Origin: the human T2T-CHM13v2.0 reference genome, Homo sapiens
Assembly: GCF_009914755.1 (NCBI RefSeq)
Contig: NC_060934.1
DNA length: 64,000 bases
Direction: 5' to 3' (one strand)
Shown piece after piece: positions 1 to 14,473 of the stretch. The notes under the pieces are model-generated. The model saw only the letters and a program-made list of their open reading frames with translations, was not told where the DNA came from and did no database searches. A program made the position numbers and the translations under genes. How positions within the stretch are numbered: position 1 is the stretch's first letter; each line of letters starts with the position of its first letter.

Positions 1-141
1 ATAGGAGGTTTCTGTTTTCCTAACGGATATGTGAAAGTGGAGACACTGGAATCCCTAATCCTGTTCTGAGGTGGCAGAAGGAGCGGGTCAGTGCACAGAC
101 GTCCGACCTGGGGTGGCTCCATGAGTGGGTGTTTGTTGCAG

Positions 142-198
142 ATCATCCCGATGGTCACTGAACTGATTGGGAGAAGCCACCGCTACCACCGAAAAGAG
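142..198 (+). CDS. MTG1: MTG1 internal coding exon (IIPMVTELIGRSHRYHRKE)
   Basis: ttgcAG acceptor, GAG|gt donor, 57 nt, phase 0/0; splices in frame to the next exon. Upstream exons lie outside the window. Confidence 0.9.
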
Positions 199-500
199 GT
201 TGGTTGGTGGGGCCCAGAGCTGGGAGTGGGAGGCGGGCGTGGGATGGGCCAGCCCCTCCTGCCTGGCCTCTCCAAGGAGAAGGCGCAGCGCCCCAGGCAG
301 GGAGGCCCCTCCTTTGTCCTCTCATTCTCTTCAGTGGAAAGGGCCGAGGCCGTCCCCGCTGGGTGGGCAGAGCCTCGGCGTTAACCTCCCTTCTTCCCTG
401 AGCTGACCTGGCCTGGGGTCCCCTTGCCTGGGTGGGGTTGCAGAGTCTCAGGCTCTAGCGGCCACGGTGGGCCCTGTGACCCCTCTCTCTGCCTGCGCAG

Positions 501-591
501 AACCTGGAGTACTGTATCATGGTCATTGGGGTCCCCAACGTGGGCAAGTCCTCCCTCATCAACTCCCTCCGGAGGCAGCACCTCAGGAAAG
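501..591 (+). CDS. MTG1: MTG1 coding exon containing the G1/P-loop ([30 protein letters not shown])
   Basis: gcgcAG acceptor, AAAG|gt donor. GxPNVGKSS is the G1 motif of circularly permuted RbgA/YlqF-family GTPases. Confidence 0.95.
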
Positions 592-883
592 GTACTGGCG
601 CGTGCGGCTGATCACCTCAGGAAAGGTACTGGCGCGTGTGGCTGATGTGCTGATGCCACCATCTTTCTTGGAGGGGACGTGCCCGAGGAGCACTGCCAGT
701 CTTCTGCTGACCCCGCAGCCCCAGAGCACACCTTGTCTCGTTCAGTCCAGTTCACAGGAGGGCTGAACAGTGGGACCAGGTCGTTCTGTGAATTTCACAC
801 TTAATTTTTCTCTCTTTTAAAATCTTTAACATGAAGATGGCTTTTCTAAACTTTGATATTTGTTCATTTATTTAAATCCCTTT

Positions 884-1190
884 GGCCGGGTGCATGGCTC
901 ACGCCTGTAATCCCAGCACTTTGAGAGGCCGAGACGGGCGGATCATGAGGTCAGGAGATTGAGACCATTCTTGCTGAAACGGTGAAACCCCGTCTCTACT
1001 AAAAATACGAAAAATTAGGTGGGTGTGGTGGCGGGCACCTGTAGTCCCAGCCACTTAGGAGGCTGAGGCAGGAGAATGGCGTGAACCCGGGAGGCGGAGC
1101 TTGCAGTGAGTTGAGATTGTGCCACTGCGTTCCAGCCTGGGCGACAGAGCGAGACTCCGTCTCAAAAAAAAAAAGAAAAGAAAAGAAAAA
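884..1190 (+). mobile_element. AluY-family SINE
   Basis: GGCCGGG start, both arms, A tail; TSD aaatcccttt at 874-883 and 1191-1200. Confidence 0.92.
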
Positions 1191-1599
1191 AAATCCCTTT
1201 GATCCAGAGAATACAAAGCGTGTGAAGTAGACGGGGCTGGATTATCAGGCAGGGAGGCTGCAAGGCCATTCCTCCATGGCGTCCGCCTTGCCTTTGCTGG
1301 AGGGTTCCTGGACTCCGGAGTCGCAGGCGCTCCTCTCCTCCCTCTGTGCCTGTTCTCAGACTCTGATTCAAAGCAGGAGCCCCGAGCACCCTTCACTGCC
1401 CCGTGGGCTCTTTTCCTTAAGTATTTTCAAGTTTAATTCAAGTCCTTGTTGGCTTCATTTTTCATATTAATAAGGCATTTATTAACAAACCCATTCATGA
1501 TGTGCAAATCTGAAGGCTTTAAACTACGGTGAACTGTTATTTTACAGAGAGGGTGTTTTTGGTGCTAATTGGAGCATTGTTACAGTCATTTATTCTTTT

Positions 1600-1985
1600 A
1601 AGTTTATTTTTAAGCGTATTATTTTTTATCAGTGGTATTAAGTGCATTTATAGGGTTATGCAGCCAGCACCACTATTTTCAAATATTTTGGTTACCTGAA
1701 AATGAAACTCTGTAAATACAAAGAGTCACTCCCCCAGCCTCCTACACCCCTCGTTCCACTTTCTGTCTGTGAATTCGATGACTGTAACTGCCTCCTCCAA
1801 GTGGACTCACAGTACTTGGCCTTTTGTGACTGGCTGATGTCACCGATCGTGATGTCCTCAAGGTTCGTCTGTGTTGTCCTGAGTGTCAGAATTTTATTCC
1901 TTTTTAAGGCTGATCACCCCGTTGTGTGTACAGACCACATCCTGTCTTGTCCATTCATCTGGATGGACACTTGTGTTTTTTATTC
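1600..1985 (-). mobile_element. Old L1 (L1M-type) 3' UTR fragment
   Basis: Degenerate L1M 3'-end motifs (cagtacttggccttttgtgactggct, tccattcatctggatggacact). Confidence 0.6.
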
Positions 1986-2334
1986 TTGGGTTGTTTGTCC
2001 ACAGTGGAGTGGCCTCCTTGGGACACACCCTGAGCTGGGTCCTAGAGCAGCCAGTCGCCTGTGGACAGTGCTGTGGGAGGCAGGCTGACCTTGGGGTGCA
2101 GGGGTGGGTCCAGGAGGGAGGTGGGGGACTGCGTGGAAGGAGCAGCTCAGGTCTGACCTCCGCAGTCTGACAGTGCCTTTCCAGTCCTGGGGAGTTAGGT
2201 TCTGGTGCATTTGTTGAAGAATCTCAGTCTCTGTGTGGCTTGGAAAGTGCCCTTGCTGTGAGCTGGTTTGTGACTGAAAGTGAAACAAATTATAGCCTTG
2301 GGAAGCTCATCTGGCTTTTAGTTTCCATTTTGGC

Positions 2335-2443
2335 CAGATATGTTTGTTACATAGTCTCCCTGCTTGGCTGGTAAGTTGTGTTTGTTACATAGTCTCCCTG
2401 CTTGGCTGGTCAGATGTGTTTGTTACATACGTCTCCCTACTTG
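2335..2443. repeat. 38-bp tandem repeat, about 3 copies
   Basis: gtttgttacatagtctccctgcttggctggtaagttgt recurs at 2342, 2380 and 2418. Confidence 0.85.
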
Positions 2444-2500
2444 TTCTGCAGCTTCTGTGTTTAGTATACATTTGAGCCTCCTTTTCTCCTTTTCCTACAG

Positions 2501-2562
2501 GGAAAGCCACCAGGGTGGGTGGCGAGCCTGGGATCACCAGAGCTGTGATGTCCAAAATTCAG
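2501..2562 (+). CDS. MTG1: MTG1 coding exon containing G2 (GKATRVGGEPGITRAVMSKIQ)
   Basis: Polypyrimidine tract plus ctacAG; CAG|gt donor; PGITR switch-I motif; phases 1/0 match neighbouring exons. Confidence 0.95.
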
Positions 2563-3120
2563 GTGGAGTCCTCAGGGGCCAGGCCCAGCACTCTGTCAAG
2601 AGCTCTGCAGGCGTCTGGCACCTGCCGACCTCTGTGTGGCTTCCGGCTGCTGACCACGCTTCCCTCCCCTCCACTCAGTGTCCCCGCTGAGCACCCCCGG
2701 GGCAGGCACTGCCCCTGCCCTTATTCCACAGTCGTCATAGTCTTTGCGCCAAACCTTTGGGGAAGGCACGCTGTTTTCCCCATTTCCAGATGAGGAGGCC
2801 ACTGTCCAGGGCCATGCAGTGGTCAGGACAGACCTGAGTGTGGCGCCCCCCGCCCCACCCTCCACTCCCTTCCTTGTGTTCTCCTTGGGAGCAGAAGACA
2901 AGCTGTTGGGACCTGACGCTTTTATTTATTCTCCAAATTAAGTGGGAATTAGATCCTCTGGGGAACCCTGGAGCTTGGTGAGAGTGACGCTGCCATGGGG
3001 TTGGGTCCCTGAGGCCTTCCTCGGAGCATTGGGTGCCAGGGGCTGCCCAGGCTTCCTGAGTGGCCCACCTGGGTGGGAGGCTGCCACCGCGGCCTGATCA
3101 TGCCCTCTGTGCCCACACAG

Positions 3121-3217
3121 GTCTCTGAGCGGCCCCTGATGTTCCTGTTGGACACTCCTGGCGTGCTGGCTCCTCGGATTGAAAGTGTGGAGACAGGCCT
3201 GAAGCTGGCCCTGTGTG
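3121..3217 (+). CDS. MTG1: MTG1 coding exon containing G3 (VSERPLMFLLDTPGVLAPRIESVETGLKLALC)
   Basis: acacAG acceptor, G|gtgag donor, DTPG motif; 97 nt, phase 0/1. Confidence 0.95.
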
Positions 3218-3663
3218 GTGAGCCGGGGCTGGGGCTGGGGCTGGGGCTGGGACCGGGGCCCCTGCCACCCCACCTTTAGGGCTGGCTTTGGCACAGGGCC
3301 CCTAGACGGGAGTTGTTACTGCCTTTGACCTGGTTGCTGCCAGACCTTCCTCGAAGCTTAGTGTGAGAGCTGTAATAGTGCACAGCTGACAGGCACTGGT
3401 CACCATTCCACCCTGCCCCATGAGTGGCCTTCCCTTTCCCCATTTGACGGACCAGGGCAGAGAGGTTGGTCGCAGGTGCCAGGCAGGAGTGGGGGCCGGG
3501 ACCACAGCCGAGTGCCGTCCTCTTGGTTAGTGTCTTTGTCAGTGGCTGGCCTCTTCCTCACGGCACGGTGTCTTTGGGCTAGGACTGGAAGGGATGTGTT
3601 TGAACTTGGCAGGAACATAGATGTGGCTGTTTCCAGTGCTCACCTCGGCTGCTGCTTCCACAG

Positions 3664-3745
3664 GAACGGTGCTGGACCACCTGGTCGGGGAGGAGACCAT
3701 GGCTGACTACCTGCTGTACACCCTCAACAAACACCAGCGCTTTGG
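3664..3745 (+). CDS. MTG1: MTG1 coding exon (GTVLDHLVGEETMADYLLYTLNKHQRF)
   Basis: ccacAG acceptor, GG|gtgagt donor; 82 nt, phase 1/2. Confidence 0.93.
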
Positions 3746-3930
3746 GTGAGTGCAGTGAATGCAGGGCAGCTGGGGCCCCTCCTCCTAGTCACCTCATTTA
3801 AAAAAAAAAAACAAACAAAAAAACCCCCAGCATTATAAAGGTATTATAAACACGGTAACCTGCACATCGTTTAAAGCGTCCAGTTGGACAAGTTCGGGAG
3901 TATGGCTATACGTCTGTGAAAGCAACACAC

Positions 3931-4353
3931 AATCAAGAAAACGAGCGTTCCCGTCACCCCCAGTCCCTGCTCCTCTTTCGTGAAATCAAGGAAACGAGCG
4001 TTCCCGTCACCCCCCATCCCTGCTCCTCCTTCGTGAAATCAAGGAAACGAGCGTTCCCGTCACCCCCAGTCCCTGCTCCTCCTTCGTGAAATCAAGGAAA
4101 CGAGCGTTCCCGTCACCCCCAGTCCCTGCTCCTCCTTCGTGAAATCAAGGAAACGAGCGTTCCCGTCACCCCCAGTCCCTGCTCCTCCTTCGTGAAATCA
4201 AGGAAACGAGCGTTCCCGTCACCCCCAGTCCCTGCTCCTCCTTCGTGAAATCAAGGAAACGAGCGTTCCCGTCACCCCCAGTCCCTGCTCCTCCTTCGTG
4301 AAATCAAGGAAATGAGCGTTCCCGTCACCCCCAGTCCCTGTGCTCCTTCGTGA
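3931..4353. repeat. 53-bp VNTR, 8 copies
   Basis: Unit aatcaaggaaacgagcgttcccgtcacccccagtccctgctcctccttcgtga at 53-bp spacing from 3931. Confidence 0.95.
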
Positions 4354-5046
4354 TCACACCTTCCTGCCCCTCCCTGAGCCCAGGCAGCCGTCTACTGTCC
4401 CTGTAGGTTGCTTTGGGTTTTCTAGAATTCCACGTAGATGGAATCACACAGGATGTGCATTCTTGTTGATCTGTCACTCGGCACGATTGTTGTGTGATCC
4501 CCGTGTGTCGTCGTGTGTTGTCCGTCATTCATCCTTTTTGTTGCCAGGCGGTTTCAGTGTCCAGGTGCGCTGCAGTCTGTCCCTTCACCTGTTGATGGAT
4601 ATGTGGGTTGTTTGCAGGTTTTGGCTATTGCAGATAAAGCTGCTGTGAACATTCATGTACCGACAGGTCTTTGTGTAGATCCGGGCTTTCGTTTCCCTTG
4701 GGTTAATACCTAGGAGTAGAGTGGCTGGATCATAGGGGAGGCATATGTTTGAGTTTTTAAGAAACCGCCACATTGTTTTCCAAGGTAGTTACACTGTTTT
4801 ATATGCTGGCAAGCAGGGAATGAGTCCTTCAGTTTCTCTAAGATCAGTCTTTAACTTTGGCCTGTCTGATGGGCGGGCGTGTAGGGGTGTCGCATAGCAT
4901 TTCAATTTGCATTTCCCTGATGACAGGGACGTTGAGCATCTTCATGTGCTTATTTGTCATCCCTCTCTGGGGAAATGTCTGTTCAAATCCTTTTCCCTTT
5001 TTTTTTTTAACTGAGTTGTTTCTTTCCTTATTGCTAAGTTTTAATC

Positions 5047-5360
<314 letters not shown>

Positions 5361-7169
5361 TAATATATTCTGAATACAAGTCCTTAATCAGAGATACGGT
5401 TTGTAAATACTTTCTTTAAGTCTGTGCCTTGTCTTTTCAGCCCTCTTAACAGTGTTTTCCGAGGAGTAGAATTGTTAATTTTCATGCAGTCCAGTTTATC
5501 AGCTAGATCTTTTCCAGAGTACTCTTGTTGTCATATCTAAGAAATCTTTGCTTAAACCAGGGTCACAAGGGTTTCCTCATTGAAGATAGATGGTTTTAGG
5601 TTTTACATTTAGGGCTATGATCCTTTCTGATTTTTTGGTATATGGTACAAGCTGCAGATTGAAGTTCTTTTTTTTTTGCACATGGAGAACCAGTTGTTCC
5701 GGAAACATTTGTTGCAAAGACTGTCTTTTCTCCACTGAATTGTCTTTGCATCTTTGTCGCAAATCGGTTGTCCATATACGTGGGTCTGTTTGTGGACTCT
5801 AACTGTGTCACTTTTCTGTGTGACCGACCGTCTTGGTAACTGCTTCTAATTTAATATGAGATTTGAAATCAGGCAGTGCTGGTAGCCCCCACTCTTCTTT
5901 GTCAAAATTGCTTTGTCTTTTCCTGGTTCTTTGTATTCTCATGCATTTTTCAGTCACTTTGTCAGTTTCTACAAAAATCCCTATGTTTCTTGAGGCCGGG
6001 TGGCAGATTCCCCTGAATTTATAGGTCAGTCTGGGGAAGAATTGACAATATTGTAACACTGAGTCTCTGACCCGTGAATATAGTGTATCTCTTCATTTAT
6101 TTAGGTCTTTAGTTTTTCTTTGCAGTGTTTTGTAGTTTACAGTGTTTTGTAAGATTTATATTGAACTCTTTTTTAAACTTTTAATGCTAAGATTTATCTT
6201 TTGATACAAAGTAGATGTTTTCAGGGTACCTATGATATTTTGATGCATTCATACAATGTGTAATTATCAGATCAGGGTAATTGGGATATCCATCATCCCA
6301 AACATTTATCTTCATGCTGGAAACATTTGAATTGCTCTCTTCTGGTATTTGAAATATCCTGTAGATTCCTGTTAACTGAAGTCACTCTACCGAACTATTC
6401 ATTAATCAACCTCTGTCCATCCCCTCTTCCCCTCACCTCTGGTAATCACCAGTCTGCTCTCTGTCTTAATGAAGTCCACGTTTTTAGCTCCCACATTTGA
6501 GTTAGAACATGCATTATTTGTCTTTCTGTGCCTGTTTATTTCACTTAACAGAATGATCTCCAGTTCTGTTTGTATTACTGCAAATGACAAGATTTCGTCC
6601 TTTGTTATGGCTAATATTTCATTGTGTTTTATGTACCACATTTTCTGTATCCATCATCCTTTGATGGACACTTAGGTAGATTGCATATCTTGGCTATTGT
6701 GAGTAGTGCTGCCGTGAGCATGGGAGTGCAGTATTTCTTCAGTATATTGATTTCCATTCTTTTGGGTCTATACCCAGTAGTGGGATTGCTGGATCCTATG
6801 GCAGTTCTATTTGTAGTGTTTTGAAGAACCTCCATACTGTTTTCCATAGTAGCTGTACTAACTTACATTCCCACCAACAGTGTACGACAGCTCCCCTTTC
6901 TCTACATCCTCAACAGCATCTGCTATTCTCTGTGTTTTTTAATAAAAGCCATTTTAACTAGGGTGAGATGAAATCTCATTGTGGTTTTGATTTGCATTTC
7001 TCTGGTGATTAGTCATGTTGAGCATTTTTTCATACACTTGTTGGCCATTTGTATGTCTTCTTTTGAGAAATAATTATTCAGATCTTCTGTCCATTTTTAA
7101 ATAGTTATGTGGTTTTTTTTGCTGTTGAGTTGAATTGCTTATATAATCTGGTTATTAATTCCTTGTTGA

Positions 7170-7487
<318 letters not shown>

Positions 7488-7590
7488 TGAGGTCTTATAC
7501 AAAAAAAATCTGGCCCAGACCAATTTCCAGAAGCGTTTCCCTTACGTTTTCTTCTAGCAGTTTTGAAGTTTCAGGTCTTAGATTTAAGTC

Positions 7591-7868
7591 TTTTTTTTTT
7601 TTTTTTTTTGAGAAGGAGTCTCACTCTGTCACCCAGGCTGGAGTGCAGTGGCACGATCTCGGCTCGCTGCAACCCCTGCTTCCTGGGTTCAAGCAGTTCT
7701 CTGCCTCAGCCTCCCAAGTAGCTGGGACTACAGGTGCCCGCCACCATACCTGGCTAAGTTTTGTATTTTTAGTAGAGATGGGGTTTCACCATCTTGGCCA
7801 GGCTGGTCTTGAACTCCTGACCTCGTGATCCACCTGCCTTGGCCTGTAATAGCCACCGCACCCGGCCA
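7591..7868 (-). mobile_element. AluS SINE with a small internal deletion
   Basis: Poly-T, both arms; TSD agatttaagtcttt on both sides. Confidence 0.88.
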
Positions 7869-8496
7869 GATTTAAGTCTTTAATCCCTTTTGATTTGGTT
7901 TTGTATATTGTGAGAGATGGGGTCTAGTTTCATTCTGCCTGTGGTTATCCAGTTTAACCAGCACCCTTTATGGGAGAGACTGTCCTTTCCCCAGTGTATG
8001 TTCTTGGCACTTTTGTCGAAAATGAGTTGGCTGTAAATGTGTGGATGTATTTCTGGGTTCTCTGGTCTGTTCCACTGTTCTGTGTATGTGTTTTATGCCA
8101 GTAGCGTGCTGTTTTTGGTTACTACGAATATTTTGAAGTCAGGTAGTGTGATGCCTCCAGCTTTGTTCTTTTTGCTTCAGGTTTGCTTTGGCTGTTTGGG
8201 GCCTTTAGTGGTGCCATACAAATTTTAGGATTGTTTTTCTATTTCTTTGCAGAGTGTCATTGCTATTTTGATAACGATTGCATTAAATCTGTAAATTGCT
8301 TTGGGTGGTGACATTTTAACAGTATTCTTCTGACTGATAAGCATGGAATATCTTTCCATTTTTTATGTGTCCTCTTCAATTTCTTTTATCAGTGTTTTAT
8401 AGTTTTCCTTGTAGAGATCTTCCACTTCTTTGGTCAGATGTATTCCTAGGTATTTTATATTTTTGTAACTATTATAAATGGGATTTTCTTGATTTC

Positions 8497-8794
<298 letters not shown>

Positions 8795-10982
8795 TGATTT
8801 CTTTTTCCGATTACCTGCTGCTGATTTTTTTATGTTGGTTTTGAATTCTGCAACTTTACTGAAACCTTTTTATCAGTTCTAATAGTTTTTTGGTGGAGTC
8901 TTTCAGTTTTTCCCAATATAAGATTGTCATCTGTGAATAAGGATAATTTTGACTTCTTCCTCTCCAATTTGGGTGACTGTTATTTCTTTCTCTTGCGTAA
9001 TTGTTCTGGGTAGGACTTCCAGTATTCTGTTGAATAAAAGTGGTAGAAATGGGCATCTGTGTGTTGTTCCAGATCTTGGAGAAAAGCTGTTTTTCCTTGT
9101 TCAATATACTGTTGGCTGTGGGCTTGTCATGCGTGGCCTTTATTGTTTTGAGGTGTGTTCCTTCTATACTCAGTTTGCTGAGAGCTTTTATCATGAAGCG
9201 ATGCTGAATTTTATTGAATGCTTTTTCAGCATTTGTTGAAATGATTGTTTTTTTTCCTTGGTTCTGTTTAATGTTATATGTTTATTGATATGCATATGTT
9301 AAACCATCCTTGCAACCTTGAGACACATCCCACTTGATCGTGGTGAATGATCTTTGTAACATGTTGTTGAATTTGGGTTGCTGGTCATTTGTTGAGGATT
9401 TCTGCATCTGTGTTCATCAGGGATATTGGCCTGTCGTTTTCTTTTTCTGCCGTATCCTTGTCTGGTTTTTGTAGGAGGATAATGCCATATACAGTGACTT
9501 TGGAAGTGTTCCCCCCTTCAGTTTTTTTGAATAGTTTGAGTACAGTTGATACTAGTTCTTCCTTAACTGTTGATAGTTCAGCAGTGAAGCCATCAGGACC
9601 TGGGATTTTCTTTGATGAAAGACGTTTTATTACTGCTTTGATCTTGTTACTTATTATCGATCTGTTCAAGTTTTTCCATTTCTTCATGGCTCAGTCTTGC
9701 AGGGTGTTTGTATCCAGGAATTCATCCCTTTCGTCTGGGTTTTCCAGTTCGTTGCTGTGTAGTTGTTCGTAGTAGTCCCTAATGATCCCTTGTATTTCTG
9801 TGGTATTGGTTGTAATGTCTCCTTTTTTGTTTACTGATTTTATTTATTTTGATCTTTTTAAAATTCTAGCTAAATGTTTGTGGATTTTGTTTATGTTTTT
9901 GAAATAATTTTTTGTTTCATTGATCTTTGGTATTTTTTTTTTCAACTCAATTTCATTTATTTCTGCTCTGGTCTCCTGATCTCTGTTATTTCTCTTCTTC
10001 TACTAATTTTGGATTTGGTTTGCTCTCACTTTTCTGGTGCCTTGAGGTTCATGGTTAGGTTATTTGGAGTCTTCTGCTTTTTTTAGCGTAGGTGTTTGTT
10101 GCTATAAACTTCCGTCTTAGCAACACTTTTGCTGAATCCCATAGACTTTGATATATGGTGTTTCCATTTCCGTTTGTTTGAAGAAATTTAAAATTTTTCT
10201 TATTAATTTCTTTATTAACCCATTGATCATTCAGGAGCGTGTTGTTTAATTTCCATGTGTTTGTGTAGTTTTTGAGGTTCCTCTTGTTACTGCTTTCTTG
10301 TTTTATTTCATCGAGTCAGAAAAGATACTCAATAAGATTTTGATTTGTTGAAACTTGTTCTGTGGCCTAACATATGGTATATTCTGTAGAATGTTCCATG
10401 TGCCGATGAGAAGAATGTGTGTTTTGCAGCAGTTGGGTGAAATGTTCTGTAAATGTCAGTTAGACCTGTTTGATCTAGCATGTAGTTTCACTCCAGTGTT
10501 TCTGTTGATTTCTGGCTGGAAACACCCTACGGAGAGGGGGTGTTGAAGCCCCCTACTATTACTGTATTGCACTCTGCCTCTCACTTTCAATCTATCAATG
10601 TTTGCTTTATATATCTGGGTGCTCTGGTGTTGGGTGCATAGATATTTATAATTGTTATATCTGCTTGCTGAATTGACCCCTTTATCAATCGTATAGTGAC
10701 TTTCTCTGTGTCTTTTTACAGTCTGACCTGTAGTCTATTTTGTGTAAGTATTGCTGCTCCTGCTCTTTATACAGTCTTTGACTTTTAGTCTGTTCTGTCA
10801 TCTGTAAGTATAGCTATTCCTGCTCTTTTTTTTTTTTTTTGGTTTCTGTTTACATGGAATATGTTTTTCCACCCTTTGACTTTCAGTCTGCGTATGTCTT
10901 TATAGGTAAAGTCGGTTTCTTATAGGTAGCATATAGTTTGATCTTGTTTTTTATCCATTTAGCCACTCTGTGTTTTTTGCTT

Positions 10983-11282
10983 GTTTTTGAGACAGGGTCT
11001 CACTCTGTTGCCCAGGCTGGTGTGCAGTGGTGTGATCATAGCTCACTGTAGCCTTGAACTCCTGGGCTCAAGCAGTCTTCCCACCGCAGCCTCCTGATAG
11101 TTAGGACTACAGGCGTGTGCCACCACACCTGGCTGTTTTATTTATTTATTTATTTATTTTTTGTAGAGGCGAGGTCTTGCTATGTTGCTGAGGCTGGTCT
11201 TGAACTCTTGGCCTCAGATGATCTTTCCACATTGGCCTCCCAAAGCGCTGGGATTACAAATGTGAGCCACTGTGCCTGGCCT
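10983..11282 (-). mobile_element. AluJ SINE
   Basis: gagacagggtctcactctgttgcccagg...(ttta)n linker...gagccactgtgcctggcc. Confidence 0.85.
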
Positions 11283-11551
11283 ACTCTATGTCTTTTAGTT
11301 GGAGAATATAGTACATTTGCTTTCAATATTATTATGGATAAAGACTTAATATTGCCATTTTGTTGCTTGTTTTCTGATTGTAACTCCTCTCTTCCTTTTT
11401 TACTGTCTTCCTTCGCATGTGGTTAAGAGATTTTCTCTGTTGGTATGTTTTAATTTGTTGCTTTGTATTTTTAGTCTATGTATTATATGTAGTGTACCAT
11501 CAGGCTTACAAAAAGCATTTTATATTTATAACAAGTTATTTAGTTATTTTA

Positions 11552-11711
<160 letters not shown>

Positions 11712-14041
11712 TTAAACACATGACACCTTATCTGTGATCACAGAGGAAAGAATAGAAACAAAGGAGAAACTGAAGAATTCTGTACTTTAACTGCATCTTT
11801 CCCCCAAATTTTCACGTTTTCTTATTTCAATTTATTTTTTTTTATATTGGCTCTCTCTTTCCAGGTTGCTGTAGTTATTATTTTTGATACATTTTTCTTT
11901 TAGTCTTCACACTAGAGATGTGAATGAATGCACACCACATTCACAGTATTATTCTGAGTCTGTGTGTTTACTTTTGCCAGTGGGTTTTATACTTCACATG
12001 TTTTCTTTTTGTACATTAGTGTCTTTTTCTTTCAGATTGAAGAACTTTTTTTTAGCATTTCTTGAAAGTTGGGTCTGATGAATTCCCTCAGCTTTACTCT
12101 TTCATGTTTGAAGGTGTGTCCTCAGTTGACAGTTGCATTTTTTTTTCCTTCAGCACTTTGAATATATCATCCCATTGCCTCCTGGCCTATATGGATTTCC
12201 TGGAGAAGTCTGTTGCCAGTTACATTGGAGCTCTTTTATAAATATATTTGCTGCTTTTCTCTTACTACTTGTACTACTTACTGCTTGTAGGATTCTTTCT
12301 TTGTCCTTGACTTTTGAGAGTTTGATTATTATATTCTGTAGGGTAGTTTTATTTGGGTTAAATCTGTTTGGTGATCTCTGACCTCCCTGTACCTGGACAT
12401 TTATGTCTTTCTGAGGGTTTGAAAATTTTTCTGTAATTATTTCTTTGAATAAACTTTCTGTGCCTTCCTCTTGCTCGGTTCCTTCTTGAACCCCAGTAAT
12501 TCCTAGGTTTGCTCCTCTGAGGCAGTTTTCTGTATCTTGCATGTGTTCTTCATTCCTTTTCATTCTTCTTTTTTCTCTTTCCTCTTCTATATGTTTTCAA
12601 ATAGCCAGTCTTCAGGCTCACTGATTTTTTCCTCTGCTTGGTCCATTCTGCTGTTGAGAGCCTCTAATATATTTTTCAGCAAATGTATTTTTTACTTCCA
12701 GGATTTCTGTTTGATTTTTTTTTTTTAATTTCAATCTCTGTTAAATTTGTCTGACAAATTTGTGAGTTGTTTTTCTGTGTTTTATTGGAGTTTGCTGAGT
12801 TTTTTTTTAACTGTTACCTTGAATTCTTGATTTGAGCGCTTACACGTTGCCATCTCATTAGGGTTGGCCACTGGCTCTTTGCTTTGTCTGTTTGAGAAGG
12901 TCGCGGTTTTCCGTTAGCTGTTGTTTCTTGTGCACATATGTCTGTGGTTTTGCATTGAAGGATTTGTTATCCAGGCTTTCCTGTCTGGCTTTTTTTTTCT
13001 TGGATGTTTGCTTAGAGGTTTTTTGCAGCTTACTTTCTGCCTGGAGTTTTTTTCACTTCTCTGGTCTCATCCTCAGATTTGAGTTCTGGAATATTGCTGG
13101 TGATATTCTTGGCACTGGATGTTTGGTTTTGGTTTTCTTTGAGAGGGTGAGGGAAGCCAGATTGCTTCTACTTCTCTATTTGGTGATGTCATTCCCTCTA
13201 TTAACTCTTCGCTATTTTTGATACTATTGTAAATGGTATTGTTTTTATGTTCACTTTTGATTTTTCATTGCTAGTATACAGAAGTAGAATTGATTTTTGT
13301 ATATTGATCTTGTATCTTGTAACCCTGCTAAACTCATTTATTCATTCTATTAGCTCTTTGTAGATTCCAGTTAGATTTTTTACCTAGACAATTATGTCAT
13401 TTGCAAATAAAGATCATCTTACTTTTTCTTTTCCAGTCCAGATGCCATATTTTGTTTTCTTGCTTTATTGCACTGGCTACAGTCTTCAATACAATTGACA
13501 GGTTTTTTTAGTATTTGAGATGTGGTGAGAACAGACATCTTTTTTTGTTCCTGATCTAAGGTAGGAAGCTTTTAGTCTCTTACCATTGAGTGCAGTATTA
13601 GGTATGGGTGTTTCTTAGATGCCCTTTATCAGGTTGAAGAGAACAGTCTGGCTAGAGGCTTATTAATTTTATTGATTTTTCCCAAAGAATCAGCTTCTGG
13701 TTTCATTGACTTTCTGTTGTCTTTGTTTTTTATGTCATTGATTTCCATTCGATGTTTATTTTTTTATTTCTACTTTGGTAATTTTCTATTTGTACTACCA
13801 ATTATTGTGAGAGGGGCACTGAAATTTCCCACTGTAACTGAATTTCTGTTTCTTCTTGCTGTTCAGTCAGTTTTGGCTTCGTGTATTTCGAAGCTCTGCT
13901 GTTAGGTACAGAAACGCTCAGGAGATTGTTATGTCCTCTTGATGATTTGATGCCTTTATCATTAGGAAATGATCTTTTTTTATCCTTCAGAATATTCTCT
14001 GCTCTGAAATCTTTCTTGTCTGATATTAATATAGCCACCAC

Positions 14042-14473
<432 letters not shown>

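Noticed and set aside
3931-4353. CRISPR-like appearance of this and other arrays (41290-41790, 44266-44631)
   Set aside because: Head-to-tail repeats without unique spacers, no cas genes, human context.
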